Positions 60,876 through 64,000 of a stretch of DNA of 64,000 nucleotides are shown piece by piece. Origin of the DNA: an uncultured delta proteobacterium. Lineage in GTDB: Bacteria > Desulfobacterota > Binatia > UBA9968. Numbering within the stretch: position 1 is the first letter of the stretch; each line of letters begins with the position of its first letter. The notes under the pieces were generated by a model. That model saw only the letters and a program-made list of their open reading frames with translations, was not told the DNA's origin and did not search any database. The position numbers and the translations under genes are program-made. The stretch spans positions 512,001 through 576,000 of the forward strand of contig CAWFJP010000014.1 of assembly GCA_963816145.1 (NCBI GenBank). The letters are read 5' to 3'.

Positions 60876-61688
60876 TTAGATGGTGAATGGTTTCTGTGCT
60901 TCGTAGCTCGGATTCGCAGCACCGATGAAATAGTAATTCGGCGTCTGACTCGACGGCATTAGGGAGACGATCTTATCACGCAGCTTGCGGTAATTGTTGT
61001 TGAACTTGCCGCCCTTCCAGACTTTCTTGAGCGTGCCGGTGAAGGCGCCGTTCTTTTCGCCGTCCATGGAAGTTTGGTTATCCATGCAGCCCGAGATGAG
61101 CAAAACGCTGGCGCCGACTTTGGCTTTTTCCGTGCCGCGGGTGCGATTCTGAATGCCTCGATAAAGCGCGCGATTGGCATTCTCGACTTTGATGCCGACG
61201 GCGCGCGGCATGGCGCGGGGCCGCGGACCCTTGCCCATGAATGACGGAATCTCTTTGACTACCGTGCCGCTGTGACAACTGTCGGATAGCACCAGGATGC
61301 GCACTCCCGCCTTGAACTTGGACCAAAGAGCGTAAACCTCGTCATCGACCAACTGACGATCGAAGAGCACCCAGGTCTCGTCCATGCGATCGTTATCTTT
61401 CTCGTCACCGTTGGTGTCGCGCACCTGGCCGCCATGGCCGGAATAGGTGAGCAGAAAAATATCGCCCTTGGAAAGTTTCTTTGATGCATCGAGGATCGCC
61501 GCGCTGACCGCCTCGGCGGTTGCTTGACCGTCGAGTAATAGCGTGTTGCCGACAAAGCCGCGCTTTTTAGCCAGAGCGCGCATGTCCCTGGCGTCGGCGA
61601 TGCAGGCGTTAAGCTCGCCGTCCCAACCCTGGTAATGTTTGGGGTCGACATGATTCAGACCGATATGCAGTGAAATACCTTTCGCCAT
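60876..61688 (-). CDS. caspase-family (metacaspase) peptidase
   Basis: LHIGLN, L.AC..DA, YSGHG, SDSCHSG, SGC.DNQ.S.D, NGAFT. Confidence 0.93.
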   Translation of the reverse strand: MAKGISLHIGLNHVDPKHYQGWDGELNACIADARDMRALAKKRGFVGNTLLLDGQATAEAVSAAILDASKKLSKGDIFLLTYSGHGGQVRDTNGDEKDNDRMDETWVLFDRQLVDDEVYALWSKFKAGVRILVLSDSCHSGTVVKEIPSFMGKGPRPRAMPRAVGIKVENANRALYRGIQNRTRGTEKAKVGASVLLISGCMDNQTSMDGEKNGAFTGTLKKVWKGGKFNNNYRKLRDKIVSLMPSSQTPNYYFIGAANPSYEAQKPFTI

Positions 61689-61830
61689 GAAAGCCTCCTC
61701 AAAAAATCGTTCGTGTAATGACTCGAACTGTAGAGGCGTGGCGATCCTGCTGTCAAGAAAATTTTGCCTTGAAGACGGTCTTCTTTTTTAGCATTGGCAA
61801 ACATTTCCGCTTTTCGCCGAAATCTTCACA

Positions 61831-62796
61831 TCACGGCTTCCATCCCTGCTTGTTGAGAAATTGCTCGGCTTGGATTGCGTAGCTGAAGTCGTAGGCGCGC
61901 TTGATGGGGACGACTTCGTTGACATCGGCGACTTGGGCGACGATGGCGAGGTCGTTTCTTTGACTCTGTTCGTCGACGTAGCCGTTTTTCGTGAAGGTGC
62001 CCACCAGGTCATCGTACATGCGCGTCGACAAAGTTTTATCGAGCTCGCTGAACTTCGAGATTGCCGCGATGGTGCTGTCGCGTTCCTGGCGCGCGACGCG
62101 CAAGCCTTTGACCACGGCGCGGACGAAGCCGGCGAGCTGTTTCGGCTGTTCCTTGATGAATTTCTCGGAGGTGGCGAAGGTGCCCCAGGAGTTTTTCACT
62201 TCTTTGCCGATGAAGAGGAGATCGCGCATGCCTTGGTCGAGCGCGGCGTAGCGCTCCTCCGGGCTGACGATGGCGGCGTCGACCGCGCCGGACAGGAGCG
62301 ACGGCAGGCGATTCACCGGTCCCGGATCGATCAGCACGATGTCTTTGGGGATGTTTTGCTTGGTCAGAATATTGCGAAACATGTAGGCGGCGATGGACGC
62401 GACGCCGGTGGTGGCGACTTTCTTGCCGCTCAAGTCGCGCAGCGTCTTGATATTGGGGCGCGCGACGATCCACTGCAAGACTTGATCGTTGAAGGCAAGC
62501 ACGGTGCGCAGTGGTGCATTGCCTTTGGAGATGGCAACCAGCGCGCTGCTGCCGGAGCCGGAGAACTGCACGGCATTGGCAATCAACGCTTGCAAGCCCG
62601 GGGCGTTTTGCATGTAGACGAGCTTTAGCTCCAATCCTTCCTCTTTCATGTAGCCGCGATCCTGAGCGATGACCAGCGGGACATACTGGAATGCTTTCGA
62701 GGTCAACGCTGCGGTGACGCTGTCCAAGGCATTGGCCGCGGTGATCGATGCCAGCAAATACGTTAAAAACGCAGCTGAGACCACTTTCTTCGTCAT
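61831..62796 (-). CDS. NMT1/SsuA-like substrate-binding protein
   Basis: Signal peptide, GYMKEEGLE, DL.GKKVA, L.SGAVDAA. Confidence 0.9.
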   Translation of the reverse strand: MTKKVVSAAFLTYLLASITAANALDSVTAALTSKAFQYVPLVIAQDRGYMKEEGLELKLVYMQNAPGLQALIANAVQFSGSGSSALVAISKGNAPLRTVLAFNDQVLQWIVARPNIKTLRDLSGKKVATTGVASIAAYMFRNILTKQNIPKDIVLIDPGPVNRLPSLLSGAVDAAIVSPEERYAALDQGMRDLLFIGKEVKNSWGTFATSEKFIKEQPKQLAGFVRAVVKGLRVARQERDSTIAAISKFSELDKTLSTRMYDDLVGTFTKNGYVDEQSQRNDLAIVAQVADVNEVVPIKRAYDFSYAIQAEQFLNKQGWKP

Positions 62797-62931
62797 AATT
62801 GTAATCCTCCGGCGCGACCATCGCGCGATGTAATCAAACCAATTCTTTATGTCTCAAGTAGGGGCGCTACTCAAGAGTGGTCCGTCAAGATTAAACTTCA
62901 TCGCTCCGGACAGATATGGTATTCTTGGCAG

Positions 62932-63568
62932 CATGATGAAACTAAGCTTCGCTTTGTTACTTGTGGCTGCTGCGTTCTCGGGTTGTTCCACGCCCAACGT
63001 TAGTCGGAGCGGCACACTCTTATCCGGTCTGACGCAGTATCAGGGCGATATGCAGGCGATCAACAGCTCGTCGCGTTGGCCTGAACGACAGCGCTCCGCT
63101 GGGACGCTCAAGACCGTCATCCTCGGCACGGTTGGCGCGTCACCTGAGTTCTACCGCCTGGTGGATCTCGACCTGCGCAAGCGCGAGTTTATCGCCACCA
63201 TGCGCGACACCAATGTCCGTCCTGACCGGCTGCGCGAAATGCAGGACGAGCTGGTCGCCATGGATGAAGAAATCGCCGCGCTCAAACCGGTAGTGAAAAC
63301 TCAGCTCACGGCGGTGGCGAGGCATGAGCTGGGCAACCCCATCGAAAATGCCGCGACGCTTGGACTGCTCGGCATGGCCGTCGACAGTTTTTCTGCCGGC
63401 GGCGGACCCCGCGGTCCGGATGCCCCGTCGGCTCGCGTGGGTCAGTTTCTGGTCACCGACTTGGGCACGTTCTCAACCGTGCGCACGCCGGAGGGACAAT
63501 CCTATCGCTGCAATGTGTTCAGCGTACCCGAGGAGGGCGGCGGGATTACCTGTCAGCCGTTGCGGTAG
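62932..63568 (+). CDS. hypothetical lipoprotein
   Basis: MMKLSF..FSGC lipobox; GC3-rich ORF. Confidence 0.7.
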
Positions 63569-63726
63569 AATGGAGAATGAGAATGGAGAATGGAGAATGG
63601 AGAATGGAGAATGGAGAATGGAGAATGGAGAATGGAGAATGGAGAATGGAGAATGGAGAATGGAGAATGGAGAATGGAGAATGGAGAATGGAGAATGGAG
63701 AATGGAGAATGGAGAATGGAGAATGG
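63567..63726. repeat. heptamer tandem repeat (AGAATGG)x23
   Basis: 22 perfect units plus one 6-nt unit, starting within the upstream stop codon. Confidence 0.97.
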
Positions 63727-63751
63727 ATTCAGTTTCGATGCATGATTTGCC

Positions 63752-64000
63752 TTAAACATCCAGTGATGTGATCGATTGCACGAGTTCGGACTCCGACATT
63801 TCACCGAGTTTCCACCAGGTTTCTAACACTTCTTTGGTTTTATCTTTACCGTAAACCGGCTCAACCGTTCTTGAAAATTTGTTTCTGACATCTTCGTCGC
63901 CCATCGGTTTGTTTGGGTGGCCGAGCGGGTCGCGCGGCCAGAGTTCGGTGACGTGGCCGTCGTTTCCAGTTGCTTTGATCTTCATCGAAATGGTCTTGGG
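63752..64000 (-). CDS. MmgE/PrpD family protein, C-terminal part (truncated by window edge)
   Basis: P.GHPNKPM.DE.V..KF C-terminal motif. Confidence 0.75.
   Translation of the reverse strand, partial: PKTISMKIKATGNDGHVTELWPRDPLGHPNKPMGDEDVRNKFSRTVEPVYGKDKTKEVLETWWKLGEMSESELVQSITSLDV

Noticed and set aside
62858-62872. GTAGGGGCG as a fifth RAYT REP
   Set aside because: Lacks the complementary arm of the hairpin.
63324-63804. ORFs with MENGEWR / FSILHSP repeats
   Set aside because: Translations of the heptamer tract; they overlap real genes and lack an RBS.

Overview
A GC-rich bacterial chromosomal segment. Its gene content (many orphan NMT1/SsuA-type binding proteins, amidohydrolase_2 paralogues, VOC and ThDP enzymes) and repeat families suggest Ca. 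Binatia-like Deltaproteobacteria; this is an inference, not tested. A housekeeping/catabolic backbone is interleaved with accessory blocks: a toxin-antitoxin cluster (21.1-24.5 kb) that includes a split CapRel-like toxSAS pair, a glycosyltransferase islet (38.7-42.8 kb), a frameshifted surface-protein/TIGR03032/two-component region (45-55.5 kb) and a caspase cluster (56-61.7 kb). The main observation: four times, accessory cargo sits between an intact gene and a 110-280 bp diverged direct copy of that gene's terminus, with no integrase in the window. Three copies are still in frame and differ largely at synonymous sites, which points to repeated cargo capture by gene-end replacement. Also present are a RAYT transposase with GTAG REPs (two inside its own ORF), an IS200 tnpA, an IS5 remnant, nested MITE/REP/PATE-like repeats, a 23-unit heptamer tract and a ~13% GC patch. 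No rRNA, tRNA or CRISPR array was seen. All family calls come from motif recognition by eye, and the frameshifts could be sequencing errors.
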